NCBI GenBank assembly: GCA_001800245.1
Contig: MGVA01000028.1
Coordinates: 66,328 to 130,327, forward strand
Reading direction: 5' to 3'
From: Elusimicrobia bacterium RIFOXYA12_FULL_51_18
GTDB lineage: Bacteria > Elusimicrobiota > Elusimicrobia > Elusimicrobiales > UBA9959
DNA: 64,000 nt
Shown here: piece after piece, positions 26,616-39,074 of the stretch
Layout: every line of letters begins with the position of its first letter
Numbering within the stretch: position 1 is the stretch's first letter
Notes under the pieces: generated by a model
Database searches by the model: none
The model's input: only the letters and a program-made list of their open reading frames with translations
Told to the model about the DNA's origin: nothing
Made by a program: the position numbers and the translations under genes

Positions 26616-29311
26616 GATAAGTCTTTCGTTATTTCCTTGAGCCGGTTCAGCCTGCCCTCGGTGTCGGTCCTGCGGAGGGTTATTTTTTCCACTTCCTCTC
26701 TTGGCGCATGGCTGATGAAATTACCGTTCTTAAGCAGTTCTTCCGAAACGGCCAGTTCCGCCGCGAGCTTCTCTATTTCTTTGGCAAGACGGCCGCGCTC
26801 TTTGTCCAGATCTATCACCCCGTCCACCGGGATATAGATGTTGAACGCCCCCGACAGAGCGGTGACGGCGTGAGACGGCTTTGCCAGCCCGGCCGCGATG
26901 TCCAGTTTTTCCACCTTGGCCAGGCGCTTTATGTAGTCCTGGTGCTTTTGAACCAGTTCCAGGCCCGTTTCGTCGGCGGAGGTAACGAGCGCGGAGACGT
27001 GCCTGGTGGGCGAGATCTCAAACTGGGCGCGCACTATCCGCATCTGGGTGATGATGCTCATGAGCTTTCTCATCTCCGCGTCGGCGGTCCCGCCGGAGTT
27101 TTTCGCGCCGCGAGGATAGGCTTCCTTTAAAAGGAAAGGTTTGTCCGAACCTAGGTAAGGTTTGAGGCCCGAGAAGATCTCTTCCGTTACGTAAGGCATG
27201 AACGGATGCAGCGCCTTCAGCGTGCCGCCGAACACGTGGAGCAGCAGGCCGAGGGTGCGGTCCTTGTCGGCCGTTTCCAGGCGGGGCTTGGCAAGCTCCA
27301 GATACCAGTCGCAAAATTCGTCCCAGAGAAAAGAGTAAAGAGCGCCGACGGCCGCGGGCATATCGTAATCCGCCATGGAGATCCTGACTTCCTCCAGTGT
27401 TTTGTGATAGCGCTCAAGTATCCATTCGTCGGCTAATTCAAGATTTTCCGGCACGGACGCCATGGGGCGCGGGGCCTCAGGCAGGTGCATCTGGATGAAT
27501 CTTGAAACATTGTAGATCTTGTTGACGAAATTTCTGCCGCCTACCACATCCTCCTCGGAGAATGGGATATCCTTGCCGCCTATGGCCTGGCTTAGAAGCG
27601 TGAAACGCATGGCGTCGGTGCCGTATTTTTCCATCATAGCCAGCGGGTCTATGCCGTTGCCCAGCGACTTGGACATCTTCCTGCCGCGTTTGTCGCGCAC
27701 TATGCCGTGAAGATATACGTCGCGGAAGGGAACCCGGCCCATGTGCTCGATGCCGCTCATGACCATCCGGGCCACCCAGATGTAAAGGATGTCGTAGCCT
27801 GTCACCAGGACCGAGGTCGGGTAGTAATACTCCAGTTCTTCGGTCCGGTCCGGCCAGCCGAACACCGAGAACGGCCAGAGCGCCGAGGAAAACCAGGTGT
27901 CCAGCACGTCGGGATCCTGGAGAAGGCCGCTGCCGCCGCAATCGGGGCATTTTTCCGGCTTTGTGAAGGAGATTATGGGTTTGGCGCCTTCCTTGAATGA
28001 AATCCGGGAAAGCCCGCCTTGCCCGGACATCTTTAAGCCTGCGGCGGAACAGTCCCGGCAGTACCACACCGGGATCCGGTGTCCCCACCAGATCTGACGT
28101 GAGACGCACCAGTCCTGCATGTTTTTCAGCCATTCTATGAAAGGTTTTTTCCAGGAAGAGGGGTAAAATTTAACCTCATCTTTTTCCACAGCGGCGATGG
28201 CCGGGGCGGAGAGGTCCTTCATCTTTACGAACCATTGCTCTGAAACCAGCGGTTCTATATTCTGATGGCAGCGGTCGCATTTGTTAATGGAGTGTCTGTA
28301 ATGTTCTTCTTTTTCCAGGAATTCTCCCGCTTTAAGGTCTTCCAGAATCTCTTTCCTGGCGGCTTGCACGCTTTTTCCGGCGTACTTTTCCGGGACCGCG
28401 GTCATGCGACCCTCAAACGAGATCACCTGCATTATGGGCAGGCCGTGGCGCTGTCCCAGAGCGAAGTCTACCGGGTCGTGGGCGGGTGTGATCTTTACCG
28501 CGCCGGTGCCGAAAGCCTTGTCCACTTCGCTGTCGTAAATTACTGGGATAGTCCTGCCGGTGAGCGGCAGGAGGAGCCGTTTGCCGACCATTGTGGTGTA
28601 ACGTTCGTCGTCCGGATTGACCGCCACGGCGGTGTCGCCGAGCATGGTTTCCGGCCGCGTGGTTGCCACTACTACGCCCCTTGAGCCGTCTTCCAGCGGG
28701 TAATGTATATGCCAGAGCTTGGATTTTTCCTCTTCATACTCCACTTCTATATCCGAAAGGGCTGTGCCGCAGTGCGTGCACCAGTTTATCATGCGTTCGC
28801 CGCGGTAGATCAGCTTTTTCTCCCAGAGGTTCCTGAAAGCCTCGAATACGGATTTAGCGCGCTTTTCATCCATGGTGAAGCGGACATTATCTTTGCCGGT
28901 ATCCAAGGCGCAGCCGAGTTTTTTGAGCTGATTTAAAATAACGTCCCCGCATTCATCATACCAGGCCCAGGTGCGTTCCAGGAACTTTTCGCGGCCCAGC
29001 TCTTCCTTGGTCGTGCCCTCGGTTTTAAGGATCTTTTCCATTACGATCTGCGTGGCTATGCCGCCGTGGTCGGTGCCGGGTACCCAATAGGCTTCTTTGC
29101 CGGTCATGCGCTCGTAGCGTACCAGCGAGTCCTGCAAAGCGTTATCCAGGGCGTGCCCCATGTGCAGAGCTCCTGTGATGTTGGGTGGGGGGATGACTAT
29201 GACAAAAGGCTTCTTGTCCCTGGCCACGGCCGAGATGAAGAGTTTTTCATTCTGCCAGACTTCCGACCATTTGGTCTCTACCGGTTTGGGGTCATAAACC
29301 TTTGGGAGCAT
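26612..29311 (-). CDS. valS: Valine--tRNA ligase
   Basis: PPPNITG, HMGH, GTDHGGIATQ, SRQIWWGHRIP, KMSKS, C-terminal coiled coil. Confidence 0.98.
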   Translation of the reverse strand: MLPKVYDPKPVETKWSEVWQNEKLFISAVARDKKPFVIVIPPPNITGALHMGHALDNALQDSLVRYERMTGKEAYWVPGTDHGGIATQIVMEKILKTEGTTKEELGREKFLERTWAWYDECGDVILNQLKKLGCALDTGKDNVRFTMDEKRAKSVFEAFRNLWEKKLIYRGERMINWCTHCGTALSDIEVEYEEEKSKLWHIHYPLEDGSRGVVVATTRPETMLGDTAVAVNPDDERYTTMVGKRLLLPLTGRTIPVIYDSEVDKAFGTGAVKITPAHDPVDFALGQRHGLPIMQVISFEGRMTAVPEKYAGKSVQAARKEILEDLKAGEFLEKEEHYRHSINKCDRCHQNIEPLVSEQWFVKMKDLSAPAIAAVEKDEVKFYPSSWKKPFIEWLKNMQDWCVSRQIWWGHRIPVWYCRDCSAAGLKMSGQGGLSRISFKEGAKPIISFTKPEKCPDCGGSGLLQDPDVLDTWFSSALWPFSVFGWPDRTEELEYYYPTSVLVTGYDILYIWVARMVMSGIEHMGRVPFRDVYLHGIVRDKRGRKMSKSLGNGIDPLAMMEKYGTDAMRFTLLSQAIGGKDIPFSEEDVVGGRNFVNKIYNVSRFIQMHLPEAPRPMASVPENLELADEWILERYHKTLEEVRISMADYDMPAAVGALYSFLWDEFCDWYLELAKPRLETADKDRTLGLLLHVFGGTLKALHPFMPYVTEEIFSGLKPYLGSDKPFLLKEAYPRGAKNSGGTADAEMRKLMSIITQMRIVRAQFEISPTRHVSALVTSADETGLELVQKHQDYIKRLAKVEKLDIAAGLAKPSHAVTALSGAFNIYIPVDGVIDLDKERGRLAKEIEKLAAELAVSEELLKNGNFISHAPREEVEKITLRRTDTEGRLNRLKEITKDLS

Positions 29312-29436
29312 GATTACCTCTGGCTGCGCAGTACATTGGAGTTTGACGGCCTTAGCGTATTTGAGCCGGGGAAAAGGACTTTGCGCTTAAAATCATCAGC
29401 AACGATACAGGATCGCGGGCCCTGAAATTGTCCGTC

Positions 29437-30528
29437 TTAAACAAATTCCCGGAAGACCGCGTTGGAAATATAAAGCGCTTCCTTTTTTAATTTTACGCGC
29501 CGGCCTGAAACTTCCAGCAGACCTTGCGCGGCTAACTTATCTATCCGTACCTTGAATTCTATAAATATATCATCCGCCAGTTCAATTCCATCCGTTTTAC
29601 GCAGGCCCAGCATCAGCTTTTCCGCCTTGCGCTGCGCCGGGGTGAGTGTTTCGGAATATTCAAGCGCCGGGCCTTCGGGCGTCGCGGCGGTTTTTATATA
29701 GAGTTCCGGATCATTTATGTTGGCCCGGCGAAGTCCGCCCATGTGCGAGGCCGCGGAGGACCCAAGGCCCAGGTAATCGCCCTGCGCCCAGTAATTGAGG
29801 TTATGCGCGGATTCCCGGCCCGGCCTGGCGAAATTAGAGATCTCATAGTGTCTGAACCCGGCGTTCTCAAGAACAGGGATCGCCAGCTCGAACATGTCGG
29901 CTGCCGCTTCCGGCGCCTCGCCGACCTTTTCCGCGGCGAAGGTCGTGTCCTCGTGCACTTCCAGGGCGTAAAAGGATATATGTTCCGGGGCCAGGTCCAG
30001 GACCTCTTTTAAAGAGTCCATGAAATTTTCGGGATTCTGGTCCGGAATGCCTGTCATCAGGTCGATGTTGAGATTGTTAAATCCGGCCAGCCGTAAACTA
30101 CTGAAAGCTTTTACAAATTCTTCAAAGGATGCCAGGCGGCCCAGCCGGTCTAAAAGACGGTTCTGCGAAGCCTGGAGCCCGATGCTGACCCTGTTGATCC
30201 CGGCGGCCTTCAGCAGGGCGGCCTTTTCCGGCGTGAGGCTTTCGGGGTTCGCTTCAAAAGTGGATTCTTTAAGGTCTTTTACGGCTCCAAAGGCGTCTTC
30301 AAGCAGTGAAATAAGTTTTTTCAGCTGTTCCCGCCCGAGCAGGCTTGGTGTGCCCCCGCCGATGTAAAGGGTATCCGGACGCGCGAAAATGGTTTTTGCG
30401 CGCTCAGCCTCCCGTTTTAGCGCCTCCAAATACGGTTCTATGAGCGCGTCTTTTCCGGCGAAGGATGCGAAATCGCAATAATTGCATTTGCGCCTGCAAA
30501 AAGGGAGATGGACATATAGGCCGGGCAT
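29437..30528 (-). CDS. hemW: Radical SAM heme chaperone HemW
   Basis: YVHLPFC-x3-C-x2-CDF, GGGTPS, YEISNF, HNLNYW. Confidence 0.9.
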   Translation of the reverse strand: MPGLYVHLPFCRRKCNYCDFASFAGKDALIEPYLEALKREAERAKTIFARPDTLYIGGGTPSLLGREQLKKLISLLEDAFGAVKDLKESTFEANPESLTPEKAALLKAAGINRVSIGLQASQNRLLDRLGRLASFEEFVKAFSSLRLAGFNNLNIDLMTGIPDQNPENFMDSLKEVLDLAPEHISFYALEVHEDTTFAAEKVGEAPEAAADMFELAIPVLENAGFRHYEISNFARPGRESAHNLNYWAQGDYLGLGSSAASHMGGLRRANINDPELYIKTAATPEGPALEYSETLTPAQRKAEKLMLGLRKTDGIELADDIFIEFKVRIDKLAAQGLLEVSGRRVKLKKEALYISNAVFREFV

Positions 30529-30569
30529 AAGTAATGTTAACCTGAGTTTAGAGGAGACAAGAGATAAAA

Positions 30570-30617
30570 CTGAAGGACGAAGGGAAACCTGTAAGAATGA
30601 TCCCTTCGTCCCTTCAG
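30570..30617. terminator. Imperfect inverted repeat between SPFH gene and hemW
   Basis: CTGAAGGACGAAGGGA ... TCCCTTCGTCCCTTCAG (16-bp stem with one bulge). Function as terminator not established. Confidence 0.4.
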
Positions 30618-30654
30618 AATGCGGTTTGAGTTTAAACTTCAGTCCTTGATGTCA

Positions 30655-31401
30655 TCAGTTCCTGTTCTTCAGGAACATCTGTATCAGGTCCATCGGCACC
30701 GGGAAGATGATGGTGGAATTGTTGTCGGTCGCTATCTCGGTCAGGGTCTGCAGGTACCTGAGCTGGATGGCGGCCGGGTTGATGGCCATGATCTGCGCGG
30801 CATCGGAAAGCTTCTGCGCGGCCTGGAATTCGCCTTCGGCGTGAATTACCTTGGCCCGTCTCTCTCTTTCAGCTTCCGCCTGCTTGGCTATAGCCCGCTG
30901 CATTTCCTGCGGCAGGTCCACGTTCTTCACTTCCACGCTGGAGATCTTTATGCCCCAGGGCTCGGTGTGCAGGTCCAGTATCTCCTGGAGGTTCTTGTTT
31001 ATTTTATCGCGGTTGGCGAGGAGGTCGTCCAGTTCCTGCTGGCCGAGCACGCTTCTGAGCGTGGTCTGCGCCAGCTGGCTGGTGGCGTACATATAGTTTT
31101 CCACGTTCAGGACGGCGGTCTGGGGGTTGACCACCCTGAAGTAAATAACGGCGTTGACCTTCACCGAGATGTTGTCGCGGGTTATGACATCCTGGGGAGG
31201 GACGTCCAATACGACCACACGGGTGCTCATCCGGAACATCTGCTGCACGCCGGGGATGACGAAAATAAGCCCGGGGCCCTTAACGCCGGTGAAGCGGCCG
31301 AACGTGAGGATCACGCCCCGCTCGTATTCGTTAAGCACCTTTATACTGGAAAAAGCTACCACGATAGCTATTATGATGATCGGAGTCATGCCGATGAACA
31401 T
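30655..31401 (-). CDS. SPFH/stomatin (slipin) family protein
   Basis: [44 protein letters not shown]. Confidence 0.95.
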   Translation of the reverse strand: MFIGMTPIIIIAIVVAFSSIKVLNEYERGVILTFGRFTGVKGPGLIFVIPGVQQMFRMSTRVVVLDVPPQDVITRDNISVKVNAVIYFRVVNPQTAVLNVENYMYATSQLAQTTLRSVLGQQELDDLLANRDKINKNLQEILDLHTEPWGIKISSVEVKNVDLPQEMQRAIAKQAEAERERRAKVIHAEGEFQAAQKLSDAAQIMAINPAAIQLRYLQTLTEIATDNNSTIIFPVPMDLIQMFLKNRN

Positions 31402-31532
31402 TGAAACCTCCCATTACTTTGTCAGATTTTTACAGCGGCAATTAAAACGGTCCCGCTATTTAAAGTCTATCAAAAAAGCGGCGCATTTTGTACTATATTA
31501 TGGATTTGCGAATGTTCTTTAATTGACATCAT

Positions 31533-31952
31533 ATGAGTAAAAGAAGACTCGCCCGGGAAAATTGCCTGCAAGCGCTGTATCTGGATGACGTCTCTACGCT
31601 GGAGACGCCGGATATTCTTGCCATCTTCCAGATGCAGGAGTTCGCCCGGGAAGAAAAAGTCTTCGAGTTCTATAAAACCATTTTCTCCTCCGCCACAGCC
31701 AACCGCGACAAAATAGACGGGATCATAACGGCCACCAGCAAAAATTGGGAATTGGAGCGTATGTCGGCCATAGACCGCTGCGTGCTGCGCCTCGCCGTTT
31801 GTGAAATGATGTTCCTGGAAGACGCCCCCGTCCCCGTCATCATAGACGAGGCTATCGAACTGGCTAAAAAATATTCCACCGAGAATTCGGGTAAATTCGT
31901 GAACGGCGTCCTTGATACGATCGCCAAACAGCACAATCTCCGACCAAAATGA
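31533..31952 (+). CDS. nusB: Transcription antitermination factor NusB
   Basis: RRLARE, W.LERM..IDR, IIDEAIELAKKY, FVNGVLD. Confidence 0.95.
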   Translation: MSKRRLARENCLQALYLDDVSTLETPDILAIFQMQEFAREEKVFEFYKTIFSSATANRDKIDGIITATSKNWELERMSAIDRCVLRLAVCEMMFLEDAPVPVIIDEAIELAKKYSTENSGKFVNGVLDTIAKQHNLRPK

Positions 31953-31976
31953 CTAGACTATGTCTGTGCCGTATAG

Positions 31977-34004
<2,028 letters not shown>

Positions 34005-34028
34005 AATCTTCCGATCGGAGTCCGAATA

Positions 34029-35663
34029 ATGAAATTTATCACTTTCCTGACCGCGGTACTGCTGTCCGTCCGGGTTTCCGCGGCAGAACAGGCGCCGGCG
34101 CCTTCCTATTTGACCGAACCCCCGCCTAAGACGGCCAAGCTTAACGAGGTTATAAAGTTCAAACCGAAGGAGGGCTATCATTTCAACCTGGAAGCTCCCC
34201 AGGAATGCGGCGCCGGCGAAGCCTTCGAGGTCAGTACGTCTTCGCTGAAGTGCCAGTTCACGGCTGGCGGCGAGCAGTCCGTAAGCCTGAAGATCTGCGG
34301 AGATAAAGAGACCGTATGCCTGTTCGAGGATTTTAAAGTTTTGGTGGAAGGGCCGGCCGCCGCCGGTCCGGCCGCCGGGACCGGTCTCAGTGAAGAGGAG
34401 CCCGCCTTGCCTGGCTTCCTGCTTAATGTGCCTGAGGCCGCCCTTGGGCAGGCCAAACGCGAACATAAACTTCTGCTTATAGATTTTTTCGGCAAATGGT
34501 GCCCGTTCTGCCGCATAATGGAAGATACGGTACTTACCCAGCCGGCCTTTCTCGAGGCCAGCCGGAACATGGTGCGCGTCAGCCTGGACGTGGACAAGCC
34601 GGCGGCCCGGGAATGGCTGACCCGTTTCCGGCCGGCCGGTTATCCGACCTATCTGGTCGCCGACGCGGAGTTGCGGGAAATAGGCCGCAGCTTCGGGGGC
34701 GGCCTTGAGAGCTTTAATGCCTGGCTGAAAGAACAGGAGACCTGGAAGGCCCAGCCTATAGCGGATGCCAGGGCAAAAGCCGCCAGCCTGGACGAAGCCG
34801 GGAAATTACGGGTCGCTCAGGCCTACATGGATGAAAAAAGCTGGGATAAGGCGCGCGAACTGCTGGCCGGCCTTAAGACCCGTACAGGGCTCTATCTGGA
34901 CGCCGTTGCCCGCATCAAAGAAGCGGAGGACAAGAAAGACGCCGGCCTCCCGGCGCTTTACCGCGAGATGATAGGACGTTTCGACGGCAGCGACGGAACG
35001 GAAGCCGAGGGCTCGGTGATGGACTGGATAGCCGCGCTCCACAAGCTTGAGCCGGCGGCCGCAAAGCCTTATCTGGACGACCTGGGAACTTATATCGGCC
35101 GCCTTAAAACCTCCAAAGAGGCGGCAAGGGAAGGTTATGCCGGCCCTGATATTTACGTGGGACTTGCCGAGGCGATGGATGAAGCGGGATTGCCGGAAAA
35201 AGCCAGAGCTTTTTATATACGGGCGGCCGGCGCCTATGCGGAATTGGCCGAAAAGGCCGACCCGGGATCGGCCAAGGGGCTGCGCATGGGGCAGGCTAGA
35301 TATCTGTCCCGCGTTAAGCTCTACGACGAAGCGGCCGCGGTCTACGGAGACCTTGTTGAAAAATTCCCCGGGGAATACGCGTTCCACCGCTCCTACGCCG
35401 GCCTGCTCTCGGAACTGAAAAAATATCCGGAGGCTTTGCGCGAAGCTTCGCTGGCTTACGATCTTTCATACGGCAATATCCATCTGGATATAGCGCTTAT
35501 GAAGGCCCGGATCGAGATGAAACAAAAGAACAAGGCGGCGTCGTTAAAAACACTGGACGACGCCATCGCTTCCGTGGAACTGCCCGCCGACAGCAAGCTC
35601 GGCGCCCACGGCTCCTACAGGCGGCTGAAAGAATATCGAAAAGAGGTTGAAGTCTTGAAATAA
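34029..35663 (+). CDS. Exported thioredoxin-family protein with DsbD-N-like N-terminus and TPR-like C-terminus
   Basis: Signal peptide, 'GYHFNLEAP...ICGDKETVC', WCPFC active site, helical repeats. Confidence 0.75.
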   Translation: MKFITFLTAVLLSVRVSAAEQAPAPSYLTEPPPKTAKLNEVIKFKPKEGYHFNLEAPQECGAGEAFEVSTSSLKCQFTAGGEQSVSLKICGDKETVCLFEDFKVLVEGPAAAGPAAGTGLSEEEPALPGFLLNVPEAALGQAKREHKLLLIDFFGKWCPFCRIMEDTVLTQPAFLEASRNMVRVSLDVDKPAAREWLTRFRPAGYPTYLVADAELREIGRSFGGGLESFNAWLKEQETWKAQPIADARAKAASLDEAGKLRVAQAYMDEKSWDKARELLAGLKTRTGLYLDAVARIKEAEDKKDAGLPALYREMIGRFDGSDGTEAEGSVMDWIAALHKLEPAAAKPYLDDLGTYIGRLKTSKEAAREGYAGPDIYVGLAEAMDEAGLPEKARAFYIRAAGAYAELAEKADPGSAKGLRMGQARYLSRVKLYDEAAAVYGDLVEKFPGEYAFHRSYAGLLSELKKYPEALREASLAYDLSYGNIHLDIALMKARIEMKQKNKAASLKTLDDAIASVELPADSKLGAHGSYRRLKEYRKEVEVLK

Positions 35664-35676
35664 ACCTGTGGGCATT

Positions 35677-37173
35677 ATGGATAAAACCGCATATCTCAGT
35701 GTTTATGATAAGACCGGGATCGTCGATTTCGCGCGCGGTCTTGCCGACCTGGGTTTCGAGATCTACGCTTCCGGTTCCACTTTTAAGCTCCTGAAAGAGT
35801 CCGAGATAGAGGCGGAGGAGATACGCTATTCTCCGCCGGTGCCTGTTTCCGTCCTTAAAGCCCTCTCCGGCAATAAGACCACGGTTTCGGAGAATGGCGT
35901 CGAAGTACCCAAACCCCAGATCGTGGCCGCGAACCTTTATCCGATCGCCAACATTGTCGGCCAGGAAGAATTCGCCATCGAGGAGCTTTCAAGTTATCTC
36001 GACCAGGCCAATGCCTCCGTCCTGCGCGCCGCGGCCAAGGATTTTGAGAACGTGATCACGCTCTGCCGGCCGGAGGATTACGGTACGGTCCTGGAGTCGC
36101 TTAAAGCGGCGGGGGGGCTTGAGCCGGAGAACAAGCGGCAGCTCGCCGCAAAAGCCTGGCAGTACCTTGCCGCTTACGACGCGACCGTCGCGCATTATCT
36201 TTCCGAGACGAGGGACCTGCTGGGCGAAGAAGTGGTCATGAGCCTTAAGAAAGTGATGGACCTGGCTTACGGGGAGAACCGCCACCAGAAGGCGGCTTTT
36301 TACGCTTTGAGCGGCGCCAGGCCGCGCGGTCTTAACTCCGCCAAAATACTTTCCGGCGGGGAGTTGAACCTGAATCATTATCTGGACCTGGACACGGCCT
36401 TCGAACTGGCCGCGGAATTCACGGAACCTGTCTGCGTCATCTCCAAGCACGCCCGGCCGGCCGGCGTCTGCGCCGCGGCAAAGCCGGTGGATTGTTTCAA
36501 GGGGGCCTTTAAAGCCGATCCCGCCGGCGCGGCCGGGGGTACGACCGCTTTCAACCGCCCGGTGGATACTGAAACGGCTCTGGCGCTGAAAGAAGTTTTC
36601 ATTGAAACCGTGGTGGCGCCGGATTACAGCAAGGAAGCTCTGGCGCTGCTGCGCGCCAAAGAAGGATTGAAGGTTATCTCCCTGCCGGCTCCGGTCCTGT
36701 CGCCGCACGAAGTGGAGCTCTATTCGGTGGCCGGCGGGCTGCTGATCGAATCCAAGGACCAACGAAATGACAGCGAGCTGCAATGCGTGACCAGGCGTAA
36801 ACCTTCAGACGAAGAGCTGCGTTCGCTTAAACTGGCCTGGAAGACGTCCAAATACGCCAAAACCTACGCGGTGGTGCTGGCGTCCGGCGGGACTTCCGTT
36901 TCCACGAGCGCGGCTGAAAGTTCCACCTACGACGCGGTGCTGGGGGCGGTCGCGAAGCTTAAAGATAAGCACCCTATTTTTGAAAGCAAAGCGCCGCTGG
37001 TGATGGCCTGCGACGCGGCTCTGCCGTTGAAAACGCTGGAGGCTGCGCTGATGGCAGGGGTAAGCGCGGTTATACAGCCCGGCGGCTGGCGGGAAGATCT
37101 GCTTTGCGCCCAATTCTGCGACATGAAGAACGCCGCCATGCTTTTGACAGGCGTGAGACACTTCAAACACTAA
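35677..37173 (+). CDS. purH: PurH-like protein (AICAR transformylase/IMP cyclohydrolase fold) with degenerate motifs
   Basis: SVYDKTG, NLYP, RAAAK, YGENRHQ, KH, IQPGG and RHFKH are present; GRVKTLHP and DIGG are absent. Confidence 0.8.
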   Translation: MDKTAYLSVYDKTGIVDFARGLADLGFEIYASGSTFKLLKESEIEAEEIRYSPPVPVSVLKALSGNKTTVSENGVEVPKPQIVAANLYPIANIVGQEEFAIEELSSYLDQANASVLRAAAKDFENVITLCRPEDYGTVLESLKAAGGLEPENKRQLAAKAWQYLAAYDATVAHYLSETRDLLGEEVVMSLKKVMDLAYGENRHQKAAFYALSGARPRGLNSAKILSGGELNLNHYLDLDTAFELAAEFTEPVCVISKHARPAGVCAAAKPVDCFKGAFKADPAGAAGGTTAFNRPVDTETALALKEVFIETVVAPDYSKEALALLRAKEGLKVISLPAPVLSPHEVELYSVAGGLLIESKDQRNDSELQCVTRRKPSDEELRSLKLAWKTSKYAKTYAVVLASGGTSVSTSAAESSTYDAVLGAVAKLKDKHPIFESKAPLVMACDAALPLKTLEAALMAGVSAVIQPGGWREDLLCAQFCDMKNAAMLLTGVRHFKH

Positions 37174-37383
37174 TAATCTGCCGACCGATGAATTCCCCAA
37201 ATAAGGTGTTTTAGAAATACACAACCGAATTTAAGTGACTGATTATATCCGACCGTCTGGACGAATGTGGGTAAAGTCCATCTTATCCCCGCCTTTGAAC
37301 TGGTCTTGAGCCTCTTCCGGACCAAGGGCGATAGAAACGAAAAGAACCTCTCAATCGTAAAAGAACCCATCTAAATCCCTTAA

Positions 37384-37425
37384 ATTTCGAATCCCATAGA
37401 CTTAGAGGGTCGCGGGATTCGAAAT
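37384..37425. repeat. 12-bp inverted repeat upstream of the YhcG gene
   Basis: ATTTCGAATCCC (37384-95) / GGGATTCGAAAT (37414-25). Confidence 0.6.
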
Positions 37426-37502
37426 AGCAAAAAATAACCATTTTTATCCAGACAGCACGCTGTCGGGTTCGTCTGCTATGCTATTAGGCGAAAGGAGGAG
37501 CT

Positions 37503-38548
37503 ATGCCTAAAGAAATTGTTCCCGGTTATGGCACATTGCTGGCGGATATCAAGCAGCGTGTACGCGCGGCGCAATACGCGGCGCTGAAAGTTGTAAACAC
37601 AGAACTGATAAATATGAACTGGGATATCGGCAAGATGATCACTGAACGTCAGAAAGGCGCGACATGGGGGAAATCCGTGGTGGAGAAACTATCATTAGAC
37701 CTGCGGGCCGAATTCCCCGGAGTTAAGGGGTTTTCGTCGCAAAACCTGTGGTATATGCGCCAATTCTATAATTTGTATAACGGCAAACCAAAACTCCAAC
37801 CATTGGTTGGAGAAATTAGCTGGTCGAAACATTTAATAGTGATGTCAAAATGTTCGGACGACCAAGAGCGGGAGTTTTACATTCGGATGACGAGTAAGTT
37901 TGGCTGGACAAAAGACGTGCTTGCTCTTAACGTTGAAGCCCAGACTTTCAGGAAATATCTGGCTAACCAGACTAATTTCGATTCTACTGTATCCGAAAGC
38001 GTCCGCAGCCAGGCCAAGCTGGCGGTAAAGGACGAATACACGTTTGGTTTTCTGGAACTGGGGGAGGAACACAGTGAACGTGAGTTGGAGGGGGCGCTGA
38101 TAGCCAAGGTCGGACGCTTTCTCATCGAGATGGGCGGCGTTTTTACATTTGCGGGCAGCCAGTACCGGCTGGAGGTTGACGGACAGGAGTACTTTATAGA
38201 CATCCTTCTTTATCATCGGCATCTTAAATGTCTGGTGGCTGTGGAACTGAAGGTCGGTGAATTCCTGCCGGAATACATAGGTAAAATGCAGTTCTACCTG
38301 GCCGCGCTGGACTCACTGGTTAAAACTCAGGACGAGAACCCGTCCATAGGTATAGTTATTTGCAAGAGCAAGCGGCGCACCATAGTGGAGTATTCCCTGC
38401 GGGAATCCCGTAAAAGCCCATCGGAGTTGCGACCTACAGGGTTTTAAAGGCCCTCCCTGCTGAACTGAAGGGCCAGCTACCTTCCCCGGAGCAGGTGGCA
38501 CTATTAATCGAGGAAGGCTTATGTGGCGGAAGCGACATCATGAAGTAG
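37503..38548 (+). pseudogene. YhcG/DUF1016 PD-(D/E)XK nuclease-domain gene with a late frameshift
   Basis: Typical DUF1016 sequence. After AAAA at 38412-15 the expected tail 'KPIGVATYRVLKALPAELKGQLPSPEQV' continues in another frame to TAG at 38548. Confidence 0.85.
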
Positions 38549-38798
38549 GCGCGGAAATATCTTATTAACTGATGCAATAAACTGGCTTTCCCAATATGGA
38601 AAACTATCCCCTGATAAACTCGATAAGGATTTAGAGCAATCAATCATTGAGGCATGGGACTTATGTTGGGCTACAAAGAAAGAAAAAATTAAAACCAATG
38701 CGTTGCTGCTGTCAAATTTTAACATTCTTTTAGGTATGCTGGCAGCAAAGCAAAATGTAACAGCATTAGCTTTGCAGAGCAAAGTGGTGTCTGAATAA
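38544..38798 (+). pseudogene. Start-less AT-rich 84-codon gene fragment
   Basis: Open frame 'SRRGNILLTDAINWLSQY...ALALQSKVVSE*' with no plausible N-terminal start; visibly lower GC. Confidence 0.45.
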
Positions 38799-39074
38799 GG
38801 GCGTAGAATTTATCCCCCAAGTTTTTCCTTGCGATTTATTCGAGGGCGAAAAACCGCCACCATCGGTACTCAAAAAATTTGTCTTTTGGGGGGTATGGGT
38901 GTTTAGAACCACGAGGGCCAAAATACAAAAATTCCCCTCGAAAACACAACAAATTCGAACAGTCTGGTTATCCGTAAAAATAGCTGCGAATTTATGTAAT
39001 CCAAAAGCGGGCGCTTTAACCGGTTGCGCTGAAAGTTATATGCTTAATTTAAGGTGCTTTGGCAGGGAGGGGAG

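Noticed and set aside
37384-37425. Integron attC site
   Set aside because: Lacks RYYYAAC/GTTRRRY ends, is single-copy and no integron integrase is present.
38409-38420. Programmed -1 frameshift in the YhcG gene
   Set aside because: No X XXY YYZ heptamer in frame; mutation or assembly error is simpler.
38434-38782. Minus-strand ORFs of 69 and 87 aa
   Set aside because: The + strand frames (YhcG tail and the 84-codon fragment) explain the region better.
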